IMG/VR virus record: IMGVR_UViG_3300044647_001247
Span: 32,001-96,000 of that record
Direction: 5' to 3' (one strand)
DNA from: a virus
Length of the DNA: 64,000 nt
The notes beneath the pieces are model-generated. The model was given only the letters and a program-made list of their open reading frames with translations. It ran no database searches and was not told the DNA's origin. The position numbers were made by a program, and so were the translations under genes. This document shows, piece by piece, positions 54,801 to 63,599 of the stretch; within the stretch, counting starts at the first letter, position 1, and every line of letters begins with the position of its first letter.

Positions 54801-57800
54801 AGAAGTACGTATTAAATCTTTAGAGCTGCGTAAGCAGGGCATTAACCTGGATGATAAGTCTGTACGTCAATATATTCAGGGTATTTTAGATAAAAACTCT
54901 TTGTATTATATTGGATCAGATACTACAGTGCTAACTGATTTTATAGCAGCATCATCAAATGCAGATTTAGGTGTTTCTGGTTTTGCCAATCATTTAAAGT
55001 TTATTGAGGTAAGAGCTAAACAACTCTATGTAAACTTTATGGAAAAAAATAAATTTCAGAGTCTTTATGATAAATTCCGTAAAGGAAAAATGGACATTGA
55101 TAAAATTAATGCTCCTATATCAGAGATTAGAGAAGTTACTGAATATAATGCAGAAGGTCAACCTGTACTTAAAAGATTTCGTTCTTTTGTTGATCCTGTT
55201 ACTGAAGAGTATAAAAATGTATTTAAAAAGTACTGGAATGACATGAGAATGCTAAATAAGCAGATTCGTGAAACTGGTGACGTAGATCAGAAAAAAGAAC
55301 TTGCTCGTCAAAAAGCTGCTTTAGTACAGGCACAAAAAACATGGAGACTTGAAAACTCCCAGATGCCATACGTAGACGAGATCTATGAATTGGATAAGTT
55401 TTTGCCTGAAGAATTTAAGCAAAAAAGAGATGAGCTGTATGAAGAGCGTGAAGCTATAATGGCACAAGTAGGACTTAATGAAGAAGAGAAACTTTCTGAG
55501 GAAGACCTGGAAAGTCTTGCTGAAATAGAAATTCAGCTTAAAAAACTTAAGCAGGAAACCATTGAAAAAAACTCTTCTTACCAGGAGTATTTAGATAAGA
55601 TGGAAAAATACTACAGCTATGAACCTAATGTATTTTTCTTTGAGCGTATTAAAAGTTCCAAACAGATTGAGTATGCAGATGACCCGGTAGCTTTTAAAAA
55701 GTGGATGGAGCTGAATACATACAAAACACCCAAGCAGGAATATTATGATACCCTTGCTGATCTGTATGATTCTTTATACAACTTACTTCCTAAGAATGAA
55801 GTTATCCAAGAGCTCAGAGAAAAACAGCGTTCTTTACTTAGAGCTTATAAACGTAATGGTTATGTTGATACACGTTTCTTATCGGCTGAAGACATTAAGC
55901 TTTATGAAGAAATAGAACAGCAGCTTTCAGAAATCCGTGAAGGCAGTGGAAGTATTATGGCAGGTCTTGGCAAAGAAGACAAAGATGCTGTACGTGAGAT
56001 TTTTGATGAACTTAACTCTATAACTGCAATATTTGTTAATCCTTATTATGATAGGGACTATTCTGCAAGAATGGAGGCGTTAGATCAAAAACTTTTTATA
56101 TATAATGAAGCTAAACGTAAAAGTGAAGTGGCTACAGGTATAGATAAAATGCAGTTAGAGCGTGAAACTGTGCAAGCTCTTGAAAACTTTTATGAAGAAG
56201 AAAAAGAGTTTGAGACATGGTATAATATAAATCATGATAATGTATATGAGTCTAAGTTGTTAGGTAAATCTTTAAATCCTGTTGCTAAAGCATTTAACTT
56301 TGTAAGGCTTCCAAGTGATCCTAATATGATGGAGGTAAAACCTTCACCAAAGTATAGTATCCGTAAGTTAAAAGAGGAAGCATTTAATAAGAACTACCAG
56401 GAAACAGTAGACGGGTTTCCAATGCCGCGTGGTATGAAATCTGTAGATGGTGTAGTAAAAATAGACAAGACATCTAAGTGGGTTAACTCCCGTTACGAGC
56501 AGCTCACTAAAGAAACAGATAACTTTGATTTCTATACAAAGTTTGTTGGTCAATTTATTAAGATGCAAGACGAGACTTATGGTCGTAACCTAGGGTACTT
56601 CTTTCCTGGTTTTGAAGAGACTTCCCTGCAGATCTATAAAGACAAAGGTTTTACAGAAGGTTTTAAAAAGAACTTTGAGATCTTCAAACAGAAGAACTTC
56701 TCTGCCAGCAGTATATTTGATTACTCTGTTAATGAGATAGCTACTGGTAATGATACCATGGTAAGGATGAAGTTTAATCGTCCTATCAATCTTAATGAAG
56801 CACAAGCTACTGTAGATGGTATTGGCTCTGTGATTAGATGGTATGAAGAAGCATTTATTAATCAAGCTGTAGGAGAAGCTCAGCCTTTGGTAAGTTCTAC
56901 GCTTTCTTATCTAAATAATCTTTATAAACAGCTTGACCAGTCTAATATTGCTGATAAAGAAGTTCGTAAAACTAATTTAAAAAGAGTAATAGACTCTTAC
57001 ACTTTTGAATATGAAAAAATAATTAAAGGTGAAACCAAGCTTAATCAGGGAAATATGAGTAAGTTAGGTGATACTTTATTAAAAACAATTGGTTTTACCC
57101 GTCTTGGTTTTGACCTGGCTAACCAGGTTGGTAACTACTTTTCAGGAAATGTTCAGACATTCCTGGGTGGTCACAAAACAGGACAGTATAACAATAAGAA
57201 CCTGGCTGTAGCTAAAAAACAATTCTATGGTTCAGATGGTTTGATGGCGTCATTACTGAGGGATTCTAATAAGATGTCAGGGTTTACCCACATGACCAAG
57301 ATGTATCTTTTTTTTAATCCTGCTCAAGCTGATCTTAAAAATACATATGACAAAACTCGTTCTACTAGTCAGCGTATTGGTCAAGGAGCTATGGACTTAC
57401 AACCTGCTTTTTGGATACAAGATAAAGGAGAAATAGAAATATCTTCTACTATATGGCTTGCTATGATGGATAACCGCAGGGTTAAACTGGTAGCTGAGCG
57501 TAATGCAGATGGTACTATTAAGACCTACCAGACTGAAGCTGATGGTACTGTAAAAACTATTTCTGCTTTTGAAGCATATGTTTCTAATGCTGAAGGAGAG
57601 ATTGTTATACGTGATGATGTTGACTGGACAAAGAATGATGAAAAAAGTATTATGAGTGCTATATATTCTGAAATACGTAGAACTCAGGGTAACTATGCAT
57701 CAGCAGATAAGACCAGAGCAGAACGTGGTATTCTTGGAAGGTTCTTGGTATTCTATCGTAAGTACTTAATGCCTTTTGTACTAAACCGTTTTGGTGCTAG

Positions 57801-58416
57801 AAGAGATAGTGCTGAATCTGGTGAGGTGGCAATGGGTTATTATAATGCTTTAATACGTGGTTTATACTACTATCGTTGGAAGCTTTTTGCAGGTATGATT
57901 GGTAAAGATGATTCTGTCTCTCCATTCTATGCAAAAAAAGCTTATTATGCTGTAAGAGAAATAGTAATGGCTTCTATGTTATATATTCTTGGTACTTTTT
58001 TACAAAGTATGGTAAAACGTATGGATGATGATGATGATGATAAAATAGCCAAGAATATTGCTTATCAACTCTTGGCTATTTATATCAAAACTGAGCGTGA
58101 AACTCGTTCAATGGTACCAGTTCCTGTTATTGGTTCTATAGATGAATATATTAATCAATTTACTTCTTTTACTAACTTTGGTAGAGACATCACTCGTGTA
58201 ATTAAACTTACTGAGCATGGTCTTGCTTTAGGTGGAGCACAAGTTTTTGATTCTGAAATGATAGATAGAGCTGCTTACTACCAAAGAAAGACAGGTATAT
58301 TTGATAAAGGAGATGCTAAAATTATGAAAGATATTTATGACGTTTCAGGTTTTATGAACTTTTATGAACTTTATAATCCTGAAGTGAGAGTAGAAGATGC
58401 TTTCAAAAGAAGATGA
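51868..58416 (+). CDS. Large cargo protein with PD-(D/E)xK nuclease and degenerate zincin domains (2182 aa from ATG 51868)
   Basis: GTFIH...PE...GRVD...IVDLKT...QLGIY at 53311-53800; EEILH at 52606-52620; C-terminal RRTQGNY...FYRKYL region. ATG preferred over the overlapping TTG at 51835. Confidence 0.8.
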   Translation: MPCQVFRNSKREIVKVVAPNGQPSKLYKDILARPEIEGNKEAALDVWLSAYTDDFKKKYGDWENTTTSTTVNQSSIVVDQNGEPLAKYVLPNATYNLSEIAEQFNYQQSELQRNFMFTSGLTLMSRDKAQRIVDWVAKNNKYNSIEVNIRGVNDGSKIMYTVNISEKPLKQLYELQSQQLIELQKFQINQVINRLAIKFPKLQTKWITAEDLMQQDHPVDVSTIRGFVRDGIIYLVEGRATESIAIEEILHPFIESLFQDNRALFTGLFNKGKERYPELWKKIQGAYLESRSFIEVDRKKELVTRVLQQVLQEDISNPEKSFQELKSLLQRFFNWLSELMQEVFDIRTDGNIMIQAYNLPTKISYEELSDIINTKNVQLSTAVADANSYNTDGEMDNQELNNSKDRKLARVEEQMDIVRSVITDLKKAKGTDAKIATLEKVLINLNKYRQIIQNDEYTVSVTNLTGGGQIDNQETYNDFKEFGTFIHFVLENVQKMSVESNKKVTTILTREMFDMLADNYPGEFNIVNLDRDQMYDMSQEMISYLQYYITSGYTLLPEISVVGKDRNDRNVVGRVDIMAIAPSGAIEIVDLKTKKVYTNAQIGLMFNKPYPVATTEQTDTAFSNTRRSVYDSWDTQLGIYERLYAQEGIPVGRKSVLVLVYRGDMVDVTDINTPGQFQFEYSGYEFLNYSSDQRQNGTDLEKLNYANTDRKVKRVIPVAGEVLEDTKTSKEPIIFNLKDEDYKRLLANLESIAAEEIKKIEKSLSELDENNENDKKLRDYYKARRESIRKIQDSFKKETWEPAYKLTAIMQFMSDNTAAMKQTAQDIANIKDPVEKARKLDDLKNKAVAFNYFLSDIRELLINLNDERNDKAINLLDNIQSNIDYTIGIFNELGFNYLVDILKDSMSPETLQKLNAERFESIDPLITHLKKKLEKLKNQKDQGGTGTTISYSIWQGLSNIARSIAKVPIDTKNEIEALEVRIKSLELRKQGINLDDKSVRQYIQGILDKNSLYYIGSDTTVLTDFIAASSNADLGVSGFANHLKFIEVRAKQLYVNFMEKNKFQSLYDKFRKGKMDIDKINAPISEIREVTEYNAEGQPVLKRFRSFVDPVTEEYKNVFKKYWNDMRMLNKQIRETGDVDQKKELARQKAALVQAQKTWRLENSQMPYVDEIYELDKFLPEEFKQKRDELYEEREAIMAQVGLNEEEKLSEEDLESLAEIEIQLKKLKQETIEKNSSYQEYLDKMEKYYSYEPNVFFFERIKSSKQIEYADDPVAFKKWMELNTYKTPKQEYYDTLADLYDSLYNLLPKNEVIQELREKQRSLLRAYKRNGYVDTRFLSAEDIKLYEEIEQQLSEIREGSGSIMAGLGKEDKDAVREIFDELNSITAIFVNPYYDRDYSARMEALDQKLFIYNEAKRKSEVATGIDKMQLERETVQALENFYEEEKEFETWYNINHDNVYESKLLGKSLNPVAKAFNFVRLPSDPNMMEVKPSPKYSIRKLKEEAFNKNYQETVDGFPMPRGMKSVDGVVKIDKTSKWVNSRYEQLTKETDNFDFYTKFVGQFIKMQDETYGRNLGYFFPGFEETSLQIYKDKGFTEGFKKNFEIFKQKNFSASSIFDYSVNEIATGNDTMVRMKFNRPINLNEAQATVDGIGSVIRWYEEAFINQAVGEAQPLVSSTLSYLNNLYKQLDQSNIADKEVRKTNLKRVIDSYTFEYEKIIKGETKLNQGNMSKLGDTLLKTIGFTRLGFDLANQVGNYFSGNVQTFLGGHKTGQYNNKNLAVAKKQFYGSDGLMASLLRDSNKMSGFTHMTKMYLFFNPAQADLKNTYDKTRSTSQRIGQGAMDLQPAFWIQDKGEIEISSTIWLAMMDNRRVKLVAERNADGTIKTYQTEADGTVKTISAFEAYVSNAEGEIVIRDDVDWTKNDEKSIMSAIYSEIRRTQGNYASADKTRAERGILGRFLVFYRKYLMPFVLNRFGARRDSAESGEVAMGYYNALIRGLYYYRWKLFAGMIGKDDSVSPFYAKKAYYAVREIVMASMLYILGTFLQSMVKRMDDDDDDKIAKNIAYQLLAIYIKTERETRSMVPVPVIGSIDEYINQFTSFTNFGRDITRVIKLTEHGLALGGAQVFDSEMIDRAAYYQRKTGIFDKGDAKIMKDIYDVSGFMNFYELYNPEVRVEDAFKRR

Positions 58417-58417
58417 T

Positions 58418-58450
58418 AAAAAAAGGGGGGGTTAACTATTCCCTTTTTTA
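58418..58450. terminator. Bidirectional terminator between convergent modules
   Basis: AAAAAAAGGGGGGGTTAACTATTCCCTTTTTT, an A-tract/hairpin/T-tract at the strand switch. Confidence 0.75.
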
Positions 58451-58617
58451 TTTAATATTGTTATACTAAATAACAATATTCCTATACCAACTTCTATGTC
58501 TACACCATCATAATATTTTTCTGTAGATGTTTCAAACGTTTGAATAACATTAACATTAATACCAATAAGTATTTGGTATTTAGGTAGAAATTTTAAACGG
58601 ATATCCTGTATTCCCAT
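58432..58617 (-). CDS. Small hypothetical protein, hydrophobic C-terminus
   Basis: 61 aa, tightly packed after the cREC gene. Confidence 0.55.
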   Translation of the reverse strand: MGIQDIRLKFLPKYQILIGINVNVIQTFETSTEKYYDGVDIEVGIGILLFSITILNKKGNS

Positions 58618-58619
58618 AT

Positions 58620-59081
58620 TTAATTTTTATTAGTTTCTATTATAAATGGATGACGGCCGAGATAGCAATCTTGCTCCCATCCCATGTGTTTTTTAAGACC
58701 GTTAATATAACTTTGTATGTTGGTAGCTCCCACTGGATTGTGTGAATGTACACATACAGAGTTTAACATTGCATTATTCTTTTGTACATATTCTCCTAAC
58801 CACTGAGCACAATCAAGCCCTGTTTTTTCTTTATAGCTTTCATAATCAGGAATTTGATATCCTTGTGCAGTTGTTTGATTTATATAGTCTGTCATGTGTT
58901 CGTTTGCAAGATCATGATCAAAACTAATAAGATCTGGAATACCATTCTTACTAATCCAATCAACAAACTCTTTATAGTTTCTCACTACTACCCATTCTTT
59001 ATATCCTGGAATGGTCGTTGTTGGTGTACGAATATCATCAAGATATAAGCTACGTTTAAGTTGTTTTGTTAGCATGTTCAT
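58620..59081 (-). CDS. Cyclic-phosphate processing receiver (cREC-type) domain protein
   Basis: LYLDDIR, VVRNYKEF, ISFDHDL, KTGLDCAQWL and VHSHNPVG motifs. Confidence 0.85.
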   Translation of the reverse strand: MNMLTKQLKRSLYLDDIRTPTTTIPGYKEWVVVRNYKEFVDWISKNGIPDLISFDHDLANEHMTDYINQTTAQGYQIPDYESYKEKTGLDCAQWLGEYVQKNNAMLNSVCVHSHNPVGATNIQSYINGLKKHMGWEQDCYLGRHPFIIETNKN

Positions 59082-59439
59082 GGGTTATAAGTTCTTTTAG
59101 CATTTTATTATCATGTTGCAATATAAGTATTTCTTTCATACATGTTTCTACTACATTAGACATTGTTTGTAAAGCTTGTTCATATTGACGTAAATTTATA
59201 CTCACTGTTGTATAACTAAGCTGTTCTCCATCCATTGAAATACCTGTTTGAATTACATATTCATTAGGTAAAGGAGCAGATAAATTAAGCTTGTTCTGTA
59301 ATGGAGAATGTCCTTGTCCTTGAGTTATAGCATGACTATAAATTTTTAAGTTATCTTTCAACCATAGCTTCATTTCATCATGAAGAAAAAACCTGGGCTT
59401 ATCCCCAGGTTTTCTTTCTTTTAGTATATCTTCTATCAT
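59056..59439 (-). CDS. Hypothetical protein (127 aa)
   Basis: Packed in the - strand operon; coiled-coil C-terminus. Confidence 0.6.
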   Translation of the reverse strand: MIEDILKERKPGDKPRFFLHDEMKLWLKDNLKIYSHAITQGQGHSPLQNKLNLSAPLPNEYVIQTGISMDGEQLSYTTVSINLRQYEQALQTMSNVVETCMKEILILQHDNKMLKELITHEHANKTT

Positions 59440-59448
59440 ATATGTTTA

Positions 59449-60135
59449 TTATTTTATAAGTTTACTAATCCAAGATTTACTAGTTTCTTTTTGTAACTTT
59501 TCTTCAAGATCTTTTATTTTCTCTTCAAGTTGCTTTTCACGAGTTTTAGTTTCTCTTTCATTTAAAAGATCGTCATACTTATTTTGAAGATCTTGTATTC
59601 GGGACTCATATGATTCTATTTCAGAATGATGATTTTTAGTACGAGCTATAATTTCATCTTCATACTCTTTACTAAGTTCAGCAAGTTTTTGAACTTGTGT
59701 ACTCACTTTATATTTTAATGTACCTATCTCTTGTGATACAGCATCTTCAGCTTGTTGACGTATATCTGCCTGAACATCTTCAAAATTTATATATTCTTTG
59801 ACTTCATTTATTACATCAGTACCTGTAGGTGTATATAAATTAATGGAATAGCTATATAATAGTTGATCAAGTCTACCTTCAAATTTATACATACTTTTTG
59901 CATCAATTCCTAGTTTATATAAGTTTGACTTTAGTAAACTCCTTACTTTAGATATAATATCATACACTACATTATTACTTGTAGGGTAATTTTTAGTAAT
60001 TTTTACAATACGTCTATCTGCTTTTTCTTTTGCAAGTTCTGCTTTTAGAGTTTTTATAATTTCTTCTTTTTTCTTTGTGTCATCTCTCATTTTATCTATA
60101 TCTGAAAGACTCATTGTTACTGTACCTGTTGTCAT
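59449..60135 (-). CDS. Coiled-coil hypothetical protein
   Basis: 228 aa, heptad-rich, ends in the amphipathic SWISKLIK. Confidence 0.65.
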   Translation of the reverse strand: MTTGTVTMSLSDIDKMRDDTKKKEEIIKTLKAELAKEKADRRIVKITKNYPTSNNVVYDIISKVRSLLKSNLYKLGIDAKSMYKFEGRLDQLLYSYSINLYTPTGTDVINEVKEYINFEDVQADIRQQAEDAVSQEIGTLKYKVSTQVQKLAELSKEYEDEIIARTKNHHSEIESYESRIQDLQNKYDDLLNERETKTREKQLEEKIKDLEEKLQKETSKSWISKLIK

Positions 60136-60145
60136 ATTTTATATT

Positions 60146-60679
60146 TTAATAGTTTTGATGATATTTTGATTCTTGTACACCTGTTTGACCATTGTATTTA
60201 CTTCCAGACTTTTGATCATATGTCTCTAAGATTTCTCCTTCTACACGAGCAAATTCTATTTGACAAATCTTCATATTAGGATAGACTTTTACAGCACGTG
60301 TAGCTACTAATTCTAGAACTAAACTTCCTTCAAAGCCTGTATCTATAAAGCCGGCCGTAACATGTACAAACAGGCCCAGACGTCCTAAAGAACTCTTTCC
60401 TTCCACCTTTGCACGTATATTATTCTTCACTCCTATACGCTCATTACAAGCATATAAATACACTTCACCGGGATATAGTATTCTCCCTTCTTCAGGAATA
60501 GTGAGCTCAATAGTTTCATTGGGTTTTTTAGGATCTAATACACCCTCTTTATAAACTTTAAACTGAGGTGCTAATGTAAGATCTACACTGTTTGGATTTA
60601 CATGTGCAGGATTTAGTGGTTCTATCACTATACCACCTGTTTTGATTTCTTCTAAAATAACTTTGTCACTTAATATCAT
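60146..60679 (-). CDS. dcd: dCTP deaminase
   Basis: MILSD...NPNSVDLTL, GKSSLGRLGL, AGFIDTGFEG, KICQI and KYNGQ motifs. Confidence 0.92.
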   Translation of the reverse strand: MILSDKVILEEIKTGGIVIEPLNPAHVNPNSVDLTLAPQFKVYKEGVLDPKKPNETIELTIPEEGRILYPGEVYLYACNERIGVKNNIRAKVEGKSSLGRLGLFVHVTAGFIDTGFEGSLVLELVATRAVKVYPNMKICQIEFARVEGEILETYDQKSGSKYNGQTGVQESKYHQNY

Positions 60680-60686
60680 ATTATTC

Positions 60687-60962
60687 TTATTTTAAAAACT
60701 TAGATCTACTTATTAAAATTTGTTCTTTGTATTCTGGTTCCATTTTAGATAATCTACAAGCAACATCTTTTCCATATAAAGGAGAGTGCACTCTATTTTT
60801 ACTTGCACATTTTTGCAAGACAGTTTTAGCATCTATACCAAGTCTATTACTAGCTTTTGCATAACTAGGATAGATGCCTATTAACTTTTTTAACTCAGGA
60901 TCAAAAACCTTAACACACGTATCTGAGTGAAGTGTGTTAAGGCCTTCTTTAGGATGCTTCAT
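60687..60962 (-). CDS. NUMOD1-like small DNA-binding protein
   Basis: VKVFD...LIGIYPSYAKASNRLGI helix-turn-helix signature; no nuclease domain. Confidence 0.6.
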   Translation of the reverse strand: MKHPKEGLNTLHSDTCVKVFDPELKKLIGIYPSYAKASNRLGIDAKTVLQKCASKNRVHSPLYGKDVACRLSKMEPEYKEQILISRSKFLK

Positions 60963-61177
60963 AAATTATTATATAACTTTCTAACTTTACTACCTAATTC
61001 CATATCATTAGGTGTGTTAACTATTTGAGATACAGGCACTTGTACAGATTTTGTTGCTTTTTCATAGCAATCTATACATAGTTGACCAGCACCTTCAACA
61101 TATCCATATCTGGAATCTATATGATCAGTAACATCATATAAAGTGATTTTGTCACACATTATACATCTATCTTTCAT
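60959..61177 (-). CDS. Small zinc-finger protein
   Basis: CIMC...YVEGAGQLCIDC. Confidence 0.7.
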   Translation of the reverse strand: MKDRCIMCDKITLYDVTDHIDSRYGYVEGAGQLCIDCYEKATKSVQVPVSQIVNTPNDMELGSKVRKLYNNL

Positions 61178-61419
61178 AAACTAGTTTTAGAATTAAATTG
61201 TTCTTCAAATCTTTTTTCTAAATCTTTCCAATAACCACTTTCATCATTAAAGCGGTTACAAATTGTAACCAACTCAGGAAAACCTAGAGCTATCTTAGTT
61301 CTGTTTGATCTATCTAATTTAAATATTGCATCTATAAGAGCAGTCATACCACTACCTAATATACCAAGTTTATAATGCATAAACTTGATTTCCATTTCTG
61401 TTAAGTTACTTGTTTTCAT
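61174..61419 (-). CDS. Hypothetical protein (81 aa)
   Basis: GSGMTALIDAIFKLD..NRTKIALGFPELV motif; overlaps neighbouring genes. Confidence 0.65.
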   Translation of the reverse strand: MKTSNLTEMEIKFMHYKLGILGSGMTALIDAIFKLDRSNRTKIALGFPELVTICNRFNDESGYWKDLEKRFEEQFNSKTSL

Positions 61420-61588
61420 TTGTTATATTTTCATCTGTTAAAAATTTGAATTCATCTTCAAGTTCTTCTATACTGAGCTTATGTGCTTCCCAATCATGCT
61501 CATGATAAATTCCTCTTTCATAACATTCTAGTGCTCCTTTTAGGTCTGCGTATGCACACTTAATAGCTTGTTTCTGTAATAATGTCAT
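61406..61588 (-). CDS. Hypothetical protein (60 aa)
   Basis: ATGA overlap with the kinase gene. Confidence 0.55.
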   Translation of the reverse strand: MTLLQKQAIKCAYADLKGALECYERGIYHEHDWEAHKLSIEELEDEFKFLTDENITNENK

Positions 61589-62325
61589 TGTAGTATTTTT
61601 TCTTTTTTTAAAATATTATGTACAGTGAACATCAAAGATACTAAATCTGAACCATTAAGAATCTTATAATCAAAATTGTAATCATCTAACTGTGTTTCAG
61701 ATGGATGATCATTTACTGCAATAACTCCAGGACGGTCTACACGTATCATAATACCACCTGCATCTTTAACAACTTTAGCATCATTAGGAAATCTACTATC
61801 TGTAATAATCCAATTAGGGTATTGAGGAATTACTTCATTTTCTTCATCTGAATGCTGTTGACAATTATTAATAGGTTTATAATCAGCCATAAGAGCATTC
61901 ACCCATGCAGTAGGATGCAGTCCATTTCTAATAGCATCAGTACCTAGTTTTTGTAAGAAGTCTCTTACAGTCATAGGAACAGATTCCATATCTACTTTTT
62001 TTGGAAATATTCCATTCTGACGTTTACCTGGTTTCATTTTTAAAACATTCCACTCAGGGCCAAGATTGGTCTTTTTGAATTCTTGGTCTTCAAACTTCTT
62101 TTCATCTATGCCAGTTAATATACTAGCTATAGTTTTAAGCTTACCTGACCATTTTTTAATTTCCCAACCAGATTGTTCAGATAACCACCAATCATGATCA
62201 TCTACATTTTTTAGTATTTCTTCTAATGTAAGTTTGCCTACATTAGCACATTGTAAGTATTGAATAATTCTACCTACAGTGTCTTTTCCTGATCCGGCAT
62301 AGCCTGATATTCCAATTATTGCCAT
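61585..62325 (-). CDS. Deoxynucleoside monophosphate kinase
   Basis: P-loop IIGISGYAGSGKDT, plus RDFLQKLGTD, WIITDSRFPND and HPSETQLD. Confidence 0.9.
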   Translation of the reverse strand: MAIIGISGYAGSGKDTVGRIIQYLQCANVGKLTLEEILKNVDDHDWWLSEQSGWEIKKWSGKLKTIASILTGIDEKKFEDQEFKKTNLGPEWNVLKMKPGKRQNGIFPKKVDMESVPMTVRDFLQKLGTDAIRNGLHPTAWVNALMADYKPINNCQQHSDEENEVIPQYPNWIITDSRFPNDAKVVKDAGGIMIRVDRPGVIAVNDHPSETQLDDYNFDYKILNGSDLVSLMFTVHNILKKEKILQ

Positions 62326-62327
62326 AA

Positions 62328-62654
62328 TTATTCTATTTCTTTTGGATTTTTATATTCTTTAAGACAATTTACAACTTTATTATGACCTTCTAAAGCTTCA
62401 TCCCATGTACAATATCTCCACATCTCTCCATCATACTCTCCACCAAATATCATAGTTTCAAATAAAACTGGTTGACCGTTTGGATCCCAGTTATGATCTA
62501 ATTGTAAAAAAACAGTAGACACTTCTTGACCTAATATAACATCTAACCCCACTCTTCTTTTATCAAATGTTTCTTTTGTCAAAGAAGCTGGGAATTCACC
62601 TTCCGGTAACATTTCTGTTGTTTTATCTTCGTTTAATTTATACCAACCTATCAT
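62328..62654 (-). CDS. Conserved phage hypothetical protein
   Basis: VSTVFLQLDH...PVLFETMIFGG...RYCTWDEALEGH motif. Confidence 0.75.
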   Translation of the reverse strand: MIGWYKLNEDKTTEMLPEGEFPASLTKETFDKRRVGLDVILGQEVSTVFLQLDHNWDPNGQPVLFETMIFGGEYDGEMWRYCTWDEALEGHNKVVNCLKEYKNPKEIE

Positions 62655-62675
62655 ATTTCTATTTTTAAAAATTAA

Positions 62676-62717
62676 AATAAATAGTTCTAGGAGATGTTAT
62701 TCTCCCAGAACTATTTT
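62676..62717 (-). terminator. Rho-independent terminator after DUF932 gene
   Basis: AAATAGTTCTAGGAGA-TGTTAT-TCTCCCAGAACTATTT inverted repeat with A-rich left flank (U tract on - strand). Confidence 0.7.
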
Positions 62718-62745
62718 GTTGCAAACTAAAAAAACTATATTTATA

Positions 62746-63594
62746 TTAGTTAAAACTAACACCAAATTCTTTAACAGTTGGTTCTTCTTCCATCATAACT
62801 AATTCTTCACTCTGATAAACTACAGGTGTTCCATCATCACCATTATCTGTAGGTTCATTCAAATCTTGTAACTGGCCAAATTCATTTACAAAAAAGTTGT
62901 GCACTTTTTGATGATCTGAAAGATAAGTCATTGGATGTGAATCTTTTAGAGCAAGTGTTATATGATTGTACAAATCCCAAGCTGAATCTGGATTATTAGA
63001 ATAAGTGTAAGCAGGTATTTCTATTTGACGATGTATCATACCTACTTGTGTAAGTGTAAGAACATCTTGTTCAATTAGAAGACGTCCTATAACACTTCCT
63101 TTTTGAGCTTGAGTAAGATTCACTTGTTTTAACATTTCTTTATCTGCTACAAGATTAGTATAGTATACATTAGCGTGACTAATTTGATATTGTATAGATG
63201 AAACCATATCATTAAAGGCTGTTTTACCTAAGTGCTTTCTTTGAAAGTTAGAAAGATCTCCTGATACCATTCCATTGTCACAAACAAATACGTGTCCACC
63301 AATAGCACACTTAAATTTCATTGTTTTATTATAACTGTTTGACCATGCAAACATTAGTCCCATATCTGCATCTCCACCATCATTATAGTTGAGATGATAA
63401 ATTCCTTGAGCAACTTGACCATCAAGGGTGGTCTTATATAATTCTTTATCAATAGTAAAGTTTCCATTACTTAATTCTTTACGTACAGTGTCTATAATTG
63501 TTCCATGACTAATTACAGAATATTTTCCCCCATGTTGTGGGAGAGGTGTTGTTCTTAAATGTTGCTCTGTTACAAAGCTTGTTTTTGTAGGCAT
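62746..63594 (-). CDS. DUF932-family protein
   Basis: YSVISH, WSNSYNKT, VFVCDNGM and SAWDLYNHIT motifs. Confidence 0.75.
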   Translation of the reverse strand: MPTKTSFVTEQHLRTTPLPQHGGKYSVISHGTIIDTVRKELSNGNFTIDKELYKTTLDGQVAQGIYHLNYNDGGDADMGLMFAWSNSYNKTMKFKCAIGGHVFVCDNGMVSGDLSNFQRKHLGKTAFNDMVSSIQYQISHANVYYTNLVADKEMLKQVNLTQAQKGSVIGRLLIEQDVLTLTQVGMIHRQIEIPAYTYSNNPDSAWDLYNHITLALKDSHPMTYLSDHQKVHNFFVNEFGQLQDLNEPTDNGDDGTPVVYQSEELVMMEEEPTVKEFGVSFN

Positions 63595-63599
63595 AACTA

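Noticed and set aside
204-56865. Many antisense and nested ORFs in the track (e.g. 3149-4141, 4421-4774, 42509-43060, 48859-49236)
   Set aside because: They are shadows of long + strand genes with biased codons and show no motifs or independent expression signals
60687-60962. Homing endonuclease
   Set aside because: Only a NUMOD1-like DNA-binding part is present, with no HNH or GIY-YIG catalytic motif
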